DNA of 64,000 bases from Candidatus Pacearchaeota archaeon (GCA_026395815.1 JAPLXZ010000016.1:51698-115697); one strand, 5' to 3'. Shown: positions 11,638-22,330, counted from the stretch's first letter. Numbers and translations are program-made. The notes: generated from the sequence alone by a model not told the origin.

Positions 11638-12249
11638 TTACCTCGCAGAATCCGCCTGCTTTTCTGATTCATTTTTCTTTCTAGCTGCAAAACTTTCACC
11701 ATTATTTTCTGAAGCAAGCATAATCTCTTCAGCTAATGCTTCAGAAATAGTTTTCTTTTTGCCAAAAGCTTTGTCAGATGCTCCATGAACAATCCATCTC
11801 AATGCTAAATTAACTCTTCTTAATGGAGAAACATCCACTGCCTGAGGATATCTCGCTCCTCCGTATTCAATGGCTGTTATCTCATCTCTTGGAGATGAAT
11901 TTTCAACTGCTTTTACAAGCACTTCAACGGGATTTTTTCCTGTTTTTTGCTCTATTAACTTGAATGCTCTAAGAATAGTATTCATATTTTTTGCATACTT
12001 TCCTGTTGCATTTCCTTTGATTATCTTGTGCTTTTTTCCTCTGTGTCCTGCAACAGCAAGTCTATTCATCAATCTTTCAACAATGTTTACTTTAATCTGT
12101 CCGAATCTTTGAACATTCCTTCCATGGCTTTTTAGAATTAGTTTTGGCTGCAGGTTTATGATTGGCCTTATTCCTATATCTTTAATTTCAATACCTTCTG
12201 TTTCATACAGGTCAAATATCTTGAATTTAGGTAAATTTGTTTCTGTCAT
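11638..12249 (-). CDS. rps7: 30S ribosomal protein S7 (uS7)
   Basis: NPVEVLVKAVEN, QAVDVSPLRR and C-terminal ADSAR. Confidence 0.97.
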   Translation of the reverse strand: MTETNLPKFKIFDLYETEGIEIKDIGIRPIINLQPKLILKSHGRNVQRFGQIKVNIVERLMNRLAVAGHRGKKHKIIKGNATGKYAKNMNTILRAFKLIEQKTGKNPVEVLVKAVENSSPRDEITAIEYGGARYPQAVDVSPLRRVNLALRWIVHGASDKAFGKKKTISEALAEEIMLASENNGESFAARKKNESEKQADSAR

Positions 12250-12250
12250 T

Positions 12251-12673
12251 TTATCTCCTACCCTTTTCTATCTTGCCACTTACAAGCAAGTGCAATGGCT
12301 GATCATTTACTTGAATAACTTGATATCTCACTCCAGGAATATCTCCTTTACTTCTTCCCTGTTTTCCACCAATTCTTTCAATCATAACTTCATCATGCTC
12401 ATCAATAAATCTTTGAGCGAGATTTCCTGGAATAAAAGCAGTAACACTCTTGCTGTTCTTTGTAAGCTGAACCTTGCAGCATTTTCTCATCGCTGAATTT
12501 GGCTGTTTTGCTTCTTTTTGAATCTTTGAAAGAACAATTCCTTTTGCTTGATTTGCTCCTCCAAGAGGATCTGATTTAGCATACAAATTAAGAGTTCTTG
12601 CTGAATATTTCGCATCTTTCCATCTAAACTTTTTCCTGTTCTTCATCAATTTTTTGGCGCTTTTCAATCCCAT
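12251..12673 (-). CDS. rps12: 30S ribosomal protein S12 (uS12)
   Basis: [12 protein letters not shown] and GDIPGVRY. Confidence 0.97.
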   Translation of the reverse strand: MGLKSAKKLMKNRKKFRWKDAKYSARTLNLYAKSDPLGGANQAKGIVLSKIQKEAKQPNSAMRKCCKVQLTKNSKSVTAFIPGNLAQRFIDEHDEVMIERIGGKQGRSKGDIPGVRYQVIQVNDQPLHLLVSGKIEKGRR

Positions 12674-12725
12674 AAAGTATAGTTGATAAAATTAGTTTTT
12701 AAAACTTTCCGATAAGACGATAAGA

Positions 12726-13142
12726 TTACACAATCCTAAATTCCTTTCCAAAGTAATCTTTGACTATTCTTTGCATTTCAAGCAATCTTCTCTTGTTTCT
12801 TCCGATAAGAGCTGCTTTGCTTTGGTTTCCGGCTGTTAAAATTATCTCATTAGGAGTTACTTGCAAATCTTTGAATGTGACTGGTTTGACAATGCTTCCT
12901 ATAAACCCTCTTGCATCTTGAATCCCCCTTGGAGTTGGAATCACCCTTATTCTTTTTCCAAGAATTTCACTCATTGTTCTTATGTTTCTTCCTTGTTCGC
13001 CAATTGCCTTGGAAACAAAACTTTTCGGAACACAAAAAATTATTGTTTCGTTATACAAGATGCAGAATCTTGTATTTATCCTTGTTATCTGGCTAAATAG
13101 ATTAAGATGCCTTATATCCTGCATGTCAATTGTGCTTGCCAT
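12726..13142 (-). CDS. nusA: Archaeal NusA (KH domains)
   Basis: KAIGEQGRNI and ALIGRNKRRL KH motifs; canonical position. Confidence 0.9.
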   Translation of the reverse strand: MASTIDMQDIRHLNLFSQITRINTRFCILYNETIIFCVPKSFVSKAIGEQGRNIRTMSEILGKRIRVIPTPRGIQDARGFIGSIVKPVTFKDLQVTPNEIILTAGNQSKAALIGRNKRRLLEMQRIVKDYFGKEFRIV

Positions 13143-13242
13143 TTTTATATATCGTTATTAAATGCGGAGAATAATTTCTTTTATAAAGTTATTGATTAGC
13201 TTCTTACGATATATTGAGATAATAAAGAGTCATGAAACAAAT

Positions 13243-16200
13243 TTAATTATTTGTTTCATCAACAACTTCTTTTTTTGCTGTTTTCTTTTCAGATTCTTTT
13301 TTTACCAAAGGTCCAATAACTTTTACTAAAAGTCCAGGAAGTCCAGTTCCGACAGGAACAGGTTGGTTTAGCATTATATTTTCTATAACACTTATTAGTT
13401 TGTCTTTGCTTCCTTTTATTGTAGCATTTATGAATTGCTTTCCAGGAGTCTCGAAAGTTGCTCTCGCCAAAATCGAAGACTTTTGAGCGATTATTCCCAT
13501 TCTGGTTACACCTTTGATTTCTCCTGAATTTGTCATAGCATCTGCAACAAGCTTTAGGTGTCTTGCATCAATATCCAAACCCTGTGTGTTTATAACACTG
13601 TAAATTTCATCCATTAAACATTGTCTAGCAACTTCAATCCCAAATAAATCTGCAATTTCATAGAAATCATTTGAAATAATTCTTTCAGCGTCAACTTCTT
13701 TCAATTCAATTATCTTTTTCATGCTTGTTCCAAGAGTCATTATTATGAAATTCCCGCCCTTCTTTACGATCAATATTTGCTTTACTCCTTTAATTCCAGA
13801 AATTATTTGTTTTTTGAGTTTTTCTTTCAACTGGTATATATCTTTAAAGGTGAATTCAGATGCATTTAATATAATTGAATCCGATTTTTCCTTTGCTTTA
13901 AATCCTAAGTCATTCAGCCTTTCAACAACAGTTTTAATTGAAATATGAGTTTGTTTTAATCCTGTTTTGTCAATCTTTATTTCTATTGTTTTATTGCCGA
14001 AATCTAAATCTATTTCAGAAGCAATTTCTTTTAATGTTACTTCTTTAATCTTTTCAGCAAAGATTTTTGCATCTTTTTCATTGTTATATTCTTTTTTCAA
14101 GAAAATTTCCATTTTTGGAGAAGAGGGTTTCTTTCTCGCATCGAAAATTTCAATTAATCTTGGCAAACCCATTGTTATCTGCATTTCTTGTACTCCTGCA
14201 AAGTGGAATACATTCAATGCCATTTGAGTAGAAGGCTCTCCGAAAGATTGAGCAGTAACAATTCCAATCGCTTCTCCAGGGCAGATTTGCTCGTTAAGAT
14301 GAAGCTTTGAAACATCCAATCCATCATCGCCATATATATACTGTATGACATTATTGTTGCTGTCCCTTATTGTTCCATCATATTCTACTCTTAAATCCTG
14401 AAGAGCATTTGCAAGTCTTCTGTATAAATATCCTGATTTAGGAGTTCTCAATGCTGTATCCATCAGGGAATCACGCCCTGTGATTGCCCCAAAGAAAAAT
14501 TCATCAGGCCTCAATCCTCTTATGAACGAACTTCTAATAAATCCTCTTGCATGAGGAGACAAATCTCCTTGCTTGAAAAAAGACAAGGTCCTTTTATTAT
14601 ATCCCAAGTCAATTCTTTTTCCCCACATTGATTGCTGTCCTACACAAGAAGCCATCTGTGTGATATTAAGTATATTTCCTCCACCACCAGACATTATCAT
14701 GTGATTTACAGGATTATCTTGAGGGAATTCTTTTTTTACTATTTCTCCTATTTTTGTTCTTACTTCGTTTAACGTTTGAAGTATCTTTATTTCTCTTGAT
14801 TCTTCTTCTGTCTTTCCAGGAATTCTTTCTAATTCTCCTCTTTTATACTCATCAATTATCTCTTCTGTTCTTTTTTCTGCTTTCTTAATTATTTCTTCTC
14901 CAGCATCAATAACACTTTGGTCTAAATCTAAATCTTCAAGCGAGATTGTTATTCCTTTATCAAAAAGATAATTAACTCCGAGGTTGAATGCTCTTTTTAT
15001 TGTTTCTAATGTTTCATGAACGCCTATTTGCTTATCCAATTCTTTTATCAGTTCTCCATCCTCGCTTCCAAATAATGTTTTGTTTAATTTTCCCTTTACT
15101 ACTTCTCCATCCTTTATTTTAACAGAATCGTTTGAAAAATCTATCTTAGGAAGTATTTTTGAGAACAATTCCATTCCACTAATATTCTTTTTGCTTATTT
15201 GTACATTGATTCCTGATTTGTAAAGAATCTGATTTGCATATTCTCTTGAAAATTCTTCTCTTCCAAGCAAATAATTCCCTGTTATAGCATCTCCTATGCA
15301 GCCAATAAGATTTGTATTATTTTTAGGGGAAAAAAGGTTTCTTTTAACATCGAGGAGTATTTTTGCTTCTGCTCTTGCTTCTTCTGTTTGCGGAGAGTGA
15401 ATATTCATTTCATCGCCATCAAAATCAGCGTTATAAGGAGCAGCTACAGCAGGATGCAGTCTGAAAGTTCTTCCTGGAAGTATTTTTACAAAATGAGCCA
15501 TCAAGCTTCCTCTATGAAGGCTTGGATGTCTGTTAAACAAAACAATATCTCCGTCCTGCAAGTGCCTCTCTACCTTATATCCTGGAGACAGTTCATTGAT
15601 TATTTCCTGCTTTAAATCAGGGGATATCTTTTTTCTTTTTCCATCAGGTCTTATAACATAATTAGCTCCGGGATATTCTTCTGCTTTCTCGACGAGTTTT
15701 TTCAGTTTTTCAATATTCAAATCAGTTACGCTTTCAGCAACAGTCACAACTTTCGCGATTTCATAAGGAACTCCGACTTCATTAATCTCCAAGTAAGGGT
15801 CTGGAGAAATGACTGTTCTTCCAGAATAGTTAACTCTCTTTCCTGCCAAATTTTTTCTGATTCTTCCTTCCTTGCCTTTTATTCTTTCCATAATTGTCTT
15901 TAAAGGCTGCCCACTTCTGTGACGAGCAGGAGGAATTTTAGCAACGCTGTTGTCGAAAAATGTTGTAATATGAAACTGCAGCAAATCCCATAAATCTTCT
16001 ATGATTACTTCTGGAGCTCCTGCATTCAAATTTTCCCAAAGCCTTTGATTTGCTCTTATAATATCGGACAGTTTATGGGTTAAGTCATCTTCGCTTCTTT
16101 CTCCTGTTTCCAATATAATACTCGGTCTAACAGTTACAGGAGGAACTAAAAGCATTGTTAGAATAGCCCATTCTGGCCTGCATGTATTGGAATTAACTCC

Positions 16201-16737
16201 TATTTTCTTTAATTCCTCGTTTTTAATATTCACGAGTATTTCTCTGATTTCAGTGGGGAATAATCTTGTTTTTCCTATAAGAAAATTAGTTGGCTTGTCA
16301 AGTTTGACTCTTTCATGAACAGCTCCGCAGTGAGGGCATTTCTTTGCGTCTTTTGCTTTCTTTGCTCTTTCACTGGGAGTGAATCTTTCTAGATCTTTCT
16401 CAGCAATCAAAAGCTTTCCACATTCTTTGCAAAAGCACCTCAATCCAAGTTCGATTAATGGAACATATTTTAAGTGTATTACAGACCTCGCTAAATCGAT
16501 GCTTCCAGAATGTCCGAGGCATTCTTTCAATCTTCCTCCGCATGTTCTGCATCTTACACCAGGATCAATTGCTCCTAATCTTAAATCCATTAAACCACCG
16601 TCTACAGGATAACCGTCAATGTTGTAAAGTTCTGGTGTTACTATTTTTGCAGCAGAGATTTTTTTGATGTCATCCGGGCTAAATAAGGTAAATCTTATTT
16701 CGTCTACTTTCTTCTTTATTGGTCTGGTTTCTATCAT
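13243..16737 (-). CDS. rpoA: RNA polymerase largest subunit, fused A'+A''
   Basis: NADFDGD catalytic motif, TPKSGYLYRRL, and A'' motifs GEAIGIVTAQSFGEPSTQM and ARATFE in one ORF. Confidence 0.97.
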   Translation of the reverse strand: MIETRPIKKKVDEIRFTLFSPDDIKKISAAKIVTPELYNIDGYPVDGGLMDLRLGAIDPGVRCRTCGGRLKECLGHSGSIDLARSVIHLKYVPLIELGLRCFCKECGKLLIAEKDLERFTPSERAKKAKDAKKCPHCGAVHERVKLDKPTNFLIGKTRLFPTEIREILVNIKNEELKKIGVNSNTCRPEWAILTMLLVPPVTVRPSIILETGERSEDDLTHKLSDIIRANQRLWENLNAGAPEVIIEDLWDLLQFHITTFFDNSVAKIPPARHRSGQPLKTIMERIKGKEGRIRKNLAGKRVNYSGRTVISPDPYLEINEVGVPYEIAKVVTVAESVTDLNIEKLKKLVEKAEEYPGANYVIRPDGKRKKISPDLKQEIINELSPGYKVERHLQDGDIVLFNRHPSLHRGSLMAHFVKILPGRTFRLHPAVAAPYNADFDGDEMNIHSPQTEEARAEAKILLDVKRNLFSPKNNTNLIGCIGDAITGNYLLGREEFSREYANQILYKSGINVQISKKNISGMELFSKILPKIDFSNDSVKIKDGEVVKGKLNKTLFGSEDGELIKELDKQIGVHETLETIKRAFNLGVNYLFDKGITISLEDLDLDQSVIDAGEEIIKKAEKRTEEIIDEYKRGELERIPGKTEEESREIKILQTLNEVRTKIGEIVKKEFPQDNPVNHMIMSGGGGNILNITQMASCVGQQSMWGKRIDLGYNKRTLSFFKQGDLSPHARGFIRSSFIRGLRPDEFFFGAITGRDSLMDTALRTPKSGYLYRRLANALQDLRVEYDGTIRDSNNNVIQYIYGDDGLDVSKLHLNEQICPGEAIGIVTAQSFGEPSTQMALNVFHFAGVQEMQITMGLPRLIEIFDARKKPSSPKMEIFLKKEYNNEKDAKIFAEKIKEVTLKEIASEIDLDFGNKTIEIKIDKTGLKQTHISIKTVVERLNDLGFKAKEKSDSIILNASEFTFKDIYQLKEKLKKQIISGIKGVKQILIVKKGGNFIIMTLGTSMKKIIELKEVDAERIISNDFYEIADLFGIEVARQCLMDEIYSVINTQGLDIDARHLKLVADAMTNSGEIKGVTRMGIIAQKSSILARATFETPGKQFINATIKGSKDKLISVIENIMLNQPVPVGTGLPGLLVKVIGPLVKKESEKKTAKKEVVDETNN

Positions 16738-16928
16738 TTTTTAGTTCCTCCGTAAATATTAAAATAATTATGAAGCCCACAGTTGGCATAATCTCCCTTG
16801 CATACTAAATCAGGCATACCATCACATAACATACTTAATAATAGATGAGGACAGCTTCTCTTTTCATCTGTCTTTCTAATTTCTTCTGCTAATTTTTTTC
16901 TTAATTTTAATTGATTCATTTTATTCAT
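16734..16928 (-). CDS. Small Cys-rich hypothetical protein between rpoB and rpoA
   Basis: Overlaps the rpoB stop and the rpoA start; CPH-x6-C-x7-C-x6-C. Confidence 0.55.
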   Translation of the reverse strand: MNKMNQLKLRKKLAEEIRKTDEKRSCPHLLLSMLCDGMPDLVCKGDYANCGLHNYFNIYGGTKK

Positions 16929-19900
16929 ATTTATTTTTTAATCCGAAAGTTGTGTGAATATGCAGTCCTTGGAGTTCCTCTAAAAGCAATTTGAATGCGT
17001 ATGACATTTCAACAGGCTCTATATCCTCGCTGTTGCACATTGGGCATATAAGCTTATTTCTGATATTATCATCTATTCCAACGCTTCCGCATTTCATGCA
17101 GATAGGCAATACAACTTTATCAGAATCATATCTTTCTTTAAGCAATAATGAAGCACCATGAGCAACCAATGCTTCCTGTTCCATTTCTCCCAATCTAAGT
17201 GCCCCTCCTCTTGCTCTACCTTCAACAGGCTGTCTTGTCAAAAGAGCAATTTTTCCAGAAGCTCTTCCGTGCAACTTGTTTCCAACCATGTATTTTAACT
17301 TTAGATAGTAAAGGTTTCCGATGAATATTTTTGCAGACAATCTTTTTCCAGTAATTCCATTATACATTGTTTCTTTTCCGTCATATCTAAATCCAAGATT
17401 CTTCAGTTGTTCTTCTAATTCTTTTTTTCCTACCCCTAAGAAAGAAGTTCCGTCGACTGTTTCTCCGCTTAGGCTTCCAACTTTTCCAGCAATCAACTCT
17501 AACAAATATCCAACAGTCATTCTGCTTGGCAAACCATGCGGATTAAACATAACGTCCGGCCTTACTCCTCTTGCAGTAAAAGGAACATCTTCTTCAGGAA
17601 CTATCATTCCTATTACTCCTTTTTGCCCATGCGCTGTTGCAAACTTATCCCCTAACTCAGGGATTCGCGGATCTCTTGTTCTTACTTGAACAATCTTGTT
17701 TCCTTCATCATCTTCTGTTATGAAGATTGCATCGACAATCCCCTTTTCCTCTTGCCTCATTGTTATGCTTGATTCTTTTTTTGTTTTTATAGAAATCTCT
17801 CTTGCTTCAGATAAGAACTTTGGAGGGGACATTTTTCCTATAAGAACTTCTCCTTCATTTACTTCTGCTTCAGTATAAACAATGCCATCTCCTTCCAATA
17901 ATTTGTAACTTGCTTCTGTTTTATATCCAGATGTATCTTTTTCAGGAATGGCAATTTCATCTTTTAGCCCTCCTGCATAGTTCATTTCAACTGCATTATA
18001 CGGCCTGAAATAAAAGCTTCTTCCAACTCCCCTATCCAAGCTTCCTTTGTTAAATACCAATGCATCTTCCATGTTATATCCTTCATAAGTCATTACAGCA
18101 ACAACTAAATTTTGGCCAGCAGGATAAGTGTTCAATGTATCGTAAACAAAACTTCTTACAATTGGTTTTTGTGGATATTGAAGAATGCTGACATCAGTAT
18201 CAAGCCTGCAAAGATAATTTGCAGCATACAATCCAAGTGCCTGTTTCTGAGTTTTACTTCCCCTGTTCAATCTTGAACTTTGGTCATGATTGCCATAAGG
18301 AACAAGGCTTGTAACAACTCCGAACAAATCAATATGATCAATTTCAAGGTGTGTGTGTTCAGGAGTTAGTTCTGCTTCGTAAAGAGAAACCAATGCATTT
18401 TCTTCTTCAGCAGCATCGAGATATTCTATAATTCCTTTGCTTAACAAATCTTCCCATCTTAATTCTCCTTGCTCAATTTGAATAAGATGCTCGTTCTTTA
18501 ATCTTGGATTTCCGTTTTCTACAATTATCAATGGTCTTAAAACTCTTCCAGGCTCTGTTGAAATTAAAACTATCTTGAATCCAGGGTCATTTCTTATGCT
18601 CATTTGTATTGGAAGTCCACCTTCTCTTCTTCTTTCCTTTAATTTTTTAACAAAATCAAGAGGGTCTTTTATGTTTCCAATAAACCTACCGTTAAAAAAA
18701 ACATCTGTTTCATTTTGCCCTTCAATCTCCATTCCAATTAATTGTATATCTCTCAAGAATTTTTCCAAATCCAGCTCAACTCTTGTTGATATCTTGCTCA
18801 ATATTGCGAGATTTTTTCTCAAGCCAATTTCAGTTCCTTCTGGTGTTTCTATGGGGCAAAATCTGCCATAGTGGGTAGGATGGAGTGTTCTTGCTAAAAA
18901 GTTTTCCTGGTCTGAAGGTAGCATGCTTGAAACTCTCTGCAATTGTGAAATCATCGCAAGATAATTTGTCTTATCCATGTTTTGCGTAACTCCGCTTCTT
19001 TCTCCTGTCCAGCTTCCTGTTGCAATTGCAGACTCCACTCTGTGTGAGAATAGAGTTGATTTTGCTATGACTCTTATTGAAAAGAATTTTTTTCTTTTTG
19101 ATGATTTTTGCAATGAGTATTGAATGTCACGAATTAAAATTCCCAAATTTACTCTGAATAAGTTTGCCAGCAAATCACCTGAAAGCCTTACCCTTTTGTT
19201 TGAATAATGATCCTTGTCTGTTCTTAATTCCGGATTTTCTTTTGCAATCAAAAATTGCTTTATTAATTTGCAGATTGTTACCGCTTTTATTATTCTATCT
19301 TCTTTTTTTTGTCCTATATGCGGCAATAAATAAGAATCGATTCTCTGTTTTACCCTGTCTAAAATCTCCTTTTTTGTTCCCTGCAATCCTGTTTTCTCTG
19401 CTATAGCCATCATTGCATCTTCTTTTGTTGCTATGTTCACAAATTCATACAAATTGACTATTACGCTGTCTGTTTCTTTTCCTATGTATCTTGCAATGTC
19501 AGATTCTTTAACTAAGCCAAGTGCCTTTAGCATAATCACAGCAGGCAAATCCTTAAATCTGCTGAATGATAATTCGATTAATCCTTCCTTGCTTTCTGAA
19601 ATTGTTACAGGGATTCTATATGTTCCCTTTAATGAAAATAGTCTCAAGATTAAATTTCCCTTGCTGTTTGTTTCAATGAATGGCTGATTTTCTGCAAGAT
19701 CTTCTGCCATAACCATTACTCTTTCATTTCCATTGACTATAAAATATCCTCCTGGATCTAATGGGTCAGAATAATTTTCAATCAATTGCCCATCGTCCAT
19801 TCCGCAAGTATTGCATGCTTTGCTCTTTACCATGATTGGAATCTTTCCTATTTCAACAACTTCAGAATCAACTTGGTCACCTTTTCTTACAGTTATTTCA

Positions 19901-20175
19901 AGAGTAACTGGAGCAGAATAAGTTAAACTTCTGAGCCTTGCTTCATAAGGCATAATCAAAGAAGAACTTCCGTCGGCTTCAATAACTTTTGGTTTTTCTA
20001 CTTTTATTTTTCCAAGAGTTATTTGAAATTCCTCGTTGTTGATTGTCTCTGATATTTCATCAACAATTTCCTGCATCCTCTGTCCAAGGAATTCATTGAA
20101 GGAGATTATGTTCGATTCTACAAGAGAATGTTCTTCAAGATACTTCTTTATTACGAGGTGATTATCCTTTTTCAT
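16921..20175 (-). CDS. rpoB: RNA polymerase subunit B (single chain)
   Basis: CPIETPEG, GDKFATAHGQKG, LRLGEME and C-terminal Zn finger. Confidence 0.98.
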   Translation of the reverse strand: MKKDNHLVIKKYLEEHSLVESNIISFNEFLGQRMQEIVDEISETINNEEFQITLGKIKVEKPKVIEADGSSSLIMPYEARLRSLTYSAPVTLEITVRKGDQVDSEVVEIGKIPIMVKSKACNTCGMDDGQLIENYSDPLDPGGYFIVNGNERVMVMAEDLAENQPFIETNSKGNLILRLFSLKGTYRIPVTISESKEGLIELSFSRFKDLPAVIMLKALGLVKESDIARYIGKETDSVIVNLYEFVNIATKEDAMMAIAEKTGLQGTKKEILDRVKQRIDSYLLPHIGQKKEDRIIKAVTICKLIKQFLIAKENPELRTDKDHYSNKRVRLSGDLLANLFRVNLGILIRDIQYSLQKSSKRKKFFSIRVIAKSTLFSHRVESAIATGSWTGERSGVTQNMDKTNYLAMISQLQRVSSMLPSDQENFLARTLHPTHYGRFCPIETPEGTEIGLRKNLAILSKISTRVELDLEKFLRDIQLIGMEIEGQNETDVFFNGRFIGNIKDPLDFVKKLKERRREGGLPIQMSIRNDPGFKIVLISTEPGRVLRPLIIVENGNPRLKNEHLIQIEQGELRWEDLLSKGIIEYLDAAEEENALVSLYEAELTPEHTHLEIDHIDLFGVVTSLVPYGNHDQSSRLNRGSKTQKQALGLYAANYLCRLDTDVSILQYPQKPIVRSFVYDTLNTYPAGQNLVVAVMTYEGYNMEDALVFNKGSLDRGVGRSFYFRPYNAVEMNYAGGLKDEIAIPEKDTSGYKTEASYKLLEGDGIVYTEAEVNEGEVLIGKMSPPKFLSEAREISIKTKKESSITMRQEEKGIVDAIFITEDDEGNKIVQVRTRDPRIPELGDKFATAHGQKGVIGMIVPEEDVPFTARGVRPDVMFNPHGLPSRMTVGYLLELIAGKVGSLSGETVDGTSFLGVGKKELEEQLKNLGFRYDGKETMYNGITGKRLSAKIFIGNLYYLKLKYMVGNKLHGRASGKIALLTRQPVEGRARGGALRLGEMEQEALVAHGASLLLKERYDSDKVVLPICMKCGSVGIDDNIRNKLICPMCNSEDIEPVEMSYAFKLLLEELQGLHIHTTFGLKNKYE

Positions 20176-20192
20176 CTTATAACCTGCATTAA

Positions 20193-20387
20193 TTAAACGA
20201 CAACTCTGAAATAAACTCCAGATTTTCTTTCAATTTTGATTATGTCTCCAACATTGCAGCCTTCTGGCAACGCAGCATCTGTTGAAAGAATTTTAGGCAA
20301 TTGGGCTTTAGAAACATTGAATTGTTTTAGCAATTCTTCGGATTCTTTTTCACTGAGTTTTACATGTTTGGGTTGTAGAATATGCAT
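20193..20387 (-). CDS. rpoH: RNA polymerase subunit H (Rpo5)
   Basis: HILQPKH, QLPKI and GDIIKIER. Confidence 0.95.
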   Translation of the reverse strand: MHILQPKHVKLSEKESEELLKQFNVSKAQLPKILSTDAALPEGCNVGDIIKIERKSGVYFRVVV

Positions 20388-20527
20388 TTTTAAGCAAAAA
20401 GGGGTTTTAATAGGACATGAAGTTTAAACCAACTTTAACAACTTCTCAATAATAAAAAATAGCAAAAATCAGTTTAAAAACCTTTGGGTAAGAGGAATTT
20501 GCACAGGTTTTTCACAAAAAGTCATGA

Positions 20528-20722
20528 TTATTTCCCTGTTATTATAGAAGTTATAGCAGCAAAACCACCAAGAATAAGGGTAATTGTTAATGCTTCTCCG
20601 ATTAATTTTGGGTTATTAACATTGGTTGTAAAGGCAGGAAGGAAAATAAAGAGAAGATATCCTACCCAAATAATTAGTGAAACCACTATAATGATAAACC
20701 CACTTTTTCTAAATAAATCCAT
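20528..20722 (-). CDS. Small membrane protein (2 TM)
   Basis: Two hydrophobic helices. Confidence 0.5.
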   Translation of the reverse strand: MDLFRKSGFIIIVVSLIIWVGYLLFIFLPAFTTNVNNPKLIGEALTITLILGGFAAITSIITGK

Positions 20723-20820
20723 ATCTTCAATAGACCTTCAATGTTTAAAAGTTTATTTATTGTTTCTTTAGCAAACAAAAATTTGGAAACTTTTAAAAAC
20801 TAATTTTATTGATAGTTATT

Positions 20821-21081
20821 ATGACTAACGGAAAAATTATACAATTTAGAATGGGAAGGCATACAATTCATGAAAAGCATTTTATCATCGAAATTGAAGG
20901 AATTTTGAACAGAGAAGAAGCAGAAAAATTTGTAGGAAAAGAAGTTGAATGGAAATCTCCAGCAGGAAAAATGATAAAGGGGAAAATTTCTTCTCCTCAT
21001 GGAAATAATGGACTTGTTCGAGCCATCTTTGAAACAGGGCTTCCTGGACAGGCAATCACAACAAAAGTAGAGGTGAAATAA
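20821..21081 (+). CDS. rpl35ae: 50S ribosomal protein L35Ae (eL33)
   Basis: GKISSPHGNNGLVRAIFETGLPGQA; ATG 20821 preferred. Confidence 0.93.
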   Translation: MTNGKIIQFRMGRHTIHEKHFIIEIEGILNREEAEKFVGKEVEWKSPAGKMIKGKISSPHGNNGLVRAIFETGLPGQAITTKVEVK

Positions 21082-21099
21082 TAAAATTAATAACTTACC

Positions 21100-21636
21100 A
21101 TGGCAATAAGAAGATCTTCAGCATATTCAAAAAAAACTGTTGTTCCTTATACAAGAACAAGCAAGCAAAAAAGCAAGGCATATGTAAAGACAGTTCCACC
21201 TTCTAAAATCGTTAAGTTCAGTATGGGAAATCTCAATCTTTTTAGAGAAGGTAAATTGCAGCATATTTTGATTCTTGCTACAGCAGAAAAAATTCAAATC
21301 AGGCAGAATGCAATTGAAGCCTGCAGGCAGTATATACACAAAAAATTAGATGAAGAATTAGGAGGTCCGTACTTTTTTAGAGTAATTCCTTTTGCCCACC
21401 ATATTCAAAGGGAAAACAAAATGTTGACGGGGGCAGGAAGTGATAGAATGCAAAAAGGAATGCAATTATCTTTTGGAAAAACAATTGCAAAGGCTGCAAT
21501 TTTAAGAAAAAATGACCCAATCTTTTCTGCAGCTGTCCAAAGTCAAAAAGCAGTTTCATTCGTAAGAAAAACATACAAACAAGTGAAATCAAAGCTTCCA
21601 TGCACGATAAAGATGATTTATGAGTTCAGCAAATAA
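21100..21636 (+). CDS. rpl10e: 50S ribosomal protein L10e (uL16)
   Basis: RENKMLTGAGSDRMQKGMQLSFGK. Confidence 0.95.
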   Translation: MAIRRSSAYSKKTVVPYTRTSKQKSKAYVKTVPPSKIVKFSMGNLNLFREGKLQHILILATAEKIQIRQNAIEACRQYIHKKLDEELGGPYFFRVIPFAHHIQRENKMLTGAGSDRMQKGMQLSFGKTIAKAAILRKNDPIFSAAVQSQKAVSFVRKTYKQVKSKLPCTIKMIYEFSK

Positions 21637-21685
21637 TTCTAATTAACTATTTAGTGGTAACATCAGAAAGATTTATAAACTTGCT

Positions 21686-22324
21686 ATGGTTATGAAATCT
21701 ATGGCAAAAGAAAATCAGGAACCAGATTATTTTAAGGATATGAGAAGATACGAGTATGCAAAACTAGCCAGCGATTTTTCTAAATCAAAAGAGACTCAAA
21801 GATTTGTACCAGGAGCATTAGAACGATTCGCTTCAGATGTGAAAGAGGTTAGTGAAACTGAAAGTTTATTGCTAAAAGACCTTATAAGAAAGGGACAAGG
21901 ACTTGAAAGTATTCTCGGAATTTATCCTAAAAAATGTGAAGAAGTACATCAAAAGTTAACTCTTGAACAATTTGCAACTTATTATAATGAAATAATCACA
22001 GGTTATTTGGATCAAGAGAAAGTTAAAGCTTTAAAAGAAGCTTTTGGAAGACTGGGTTCTACTACAGTTGAAGATATTCAAAAGAAAATTGGTGAAGCTA
22101 CATACAAATTAATTGGTCATCAAGAAGGATACCAAAAACTTACTGACGATGAATTAAAGAAAGTTCAGGAAACTGCAGAGAAATATAAAGGATTAAATGA
22201 CGTATTAGAATATATTGAAAATGTTTATTTCGAAGAGTTAAAACCAGAAGCAATAAAAAATGCGAATATACAGGGTCTAAATAAGTTAGTGGATTCATAC
22301 TTACAAGAAGGAAAGGCGGCTTAA
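21686..22324 (+). CDS. Hypothetical helical protein
   Basis: 212 aa with its own TATA box (TTTATAAA) upstream. Confidence 0.65.
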   Translation: MVMKSMAKENQEPDYFKDMRRYEYAKLASDFSKSKETQRFVPGALERFASDVKEVSETESLLLKDLIRKGQGLESILGIYPKKCEEVHQKLTLEQFATYYNEIITGYLDQEKVKALKEAFGRLGSTTVEDIQKKIGEATYKLIGHQEGYQKLTDDELKKVQETAEKYKGLNDVLEYIENVYFEELKPEAIKNANIQGLNKLVDSYLQEGKAA

Positions 22325-22330
22325 ACTAAA

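Noticed and set aside
13243..20175. Inteins or introns in rpoA and rpoB
   Set aside because: Both ORFs are compact and continuous, with no intein-like insertions
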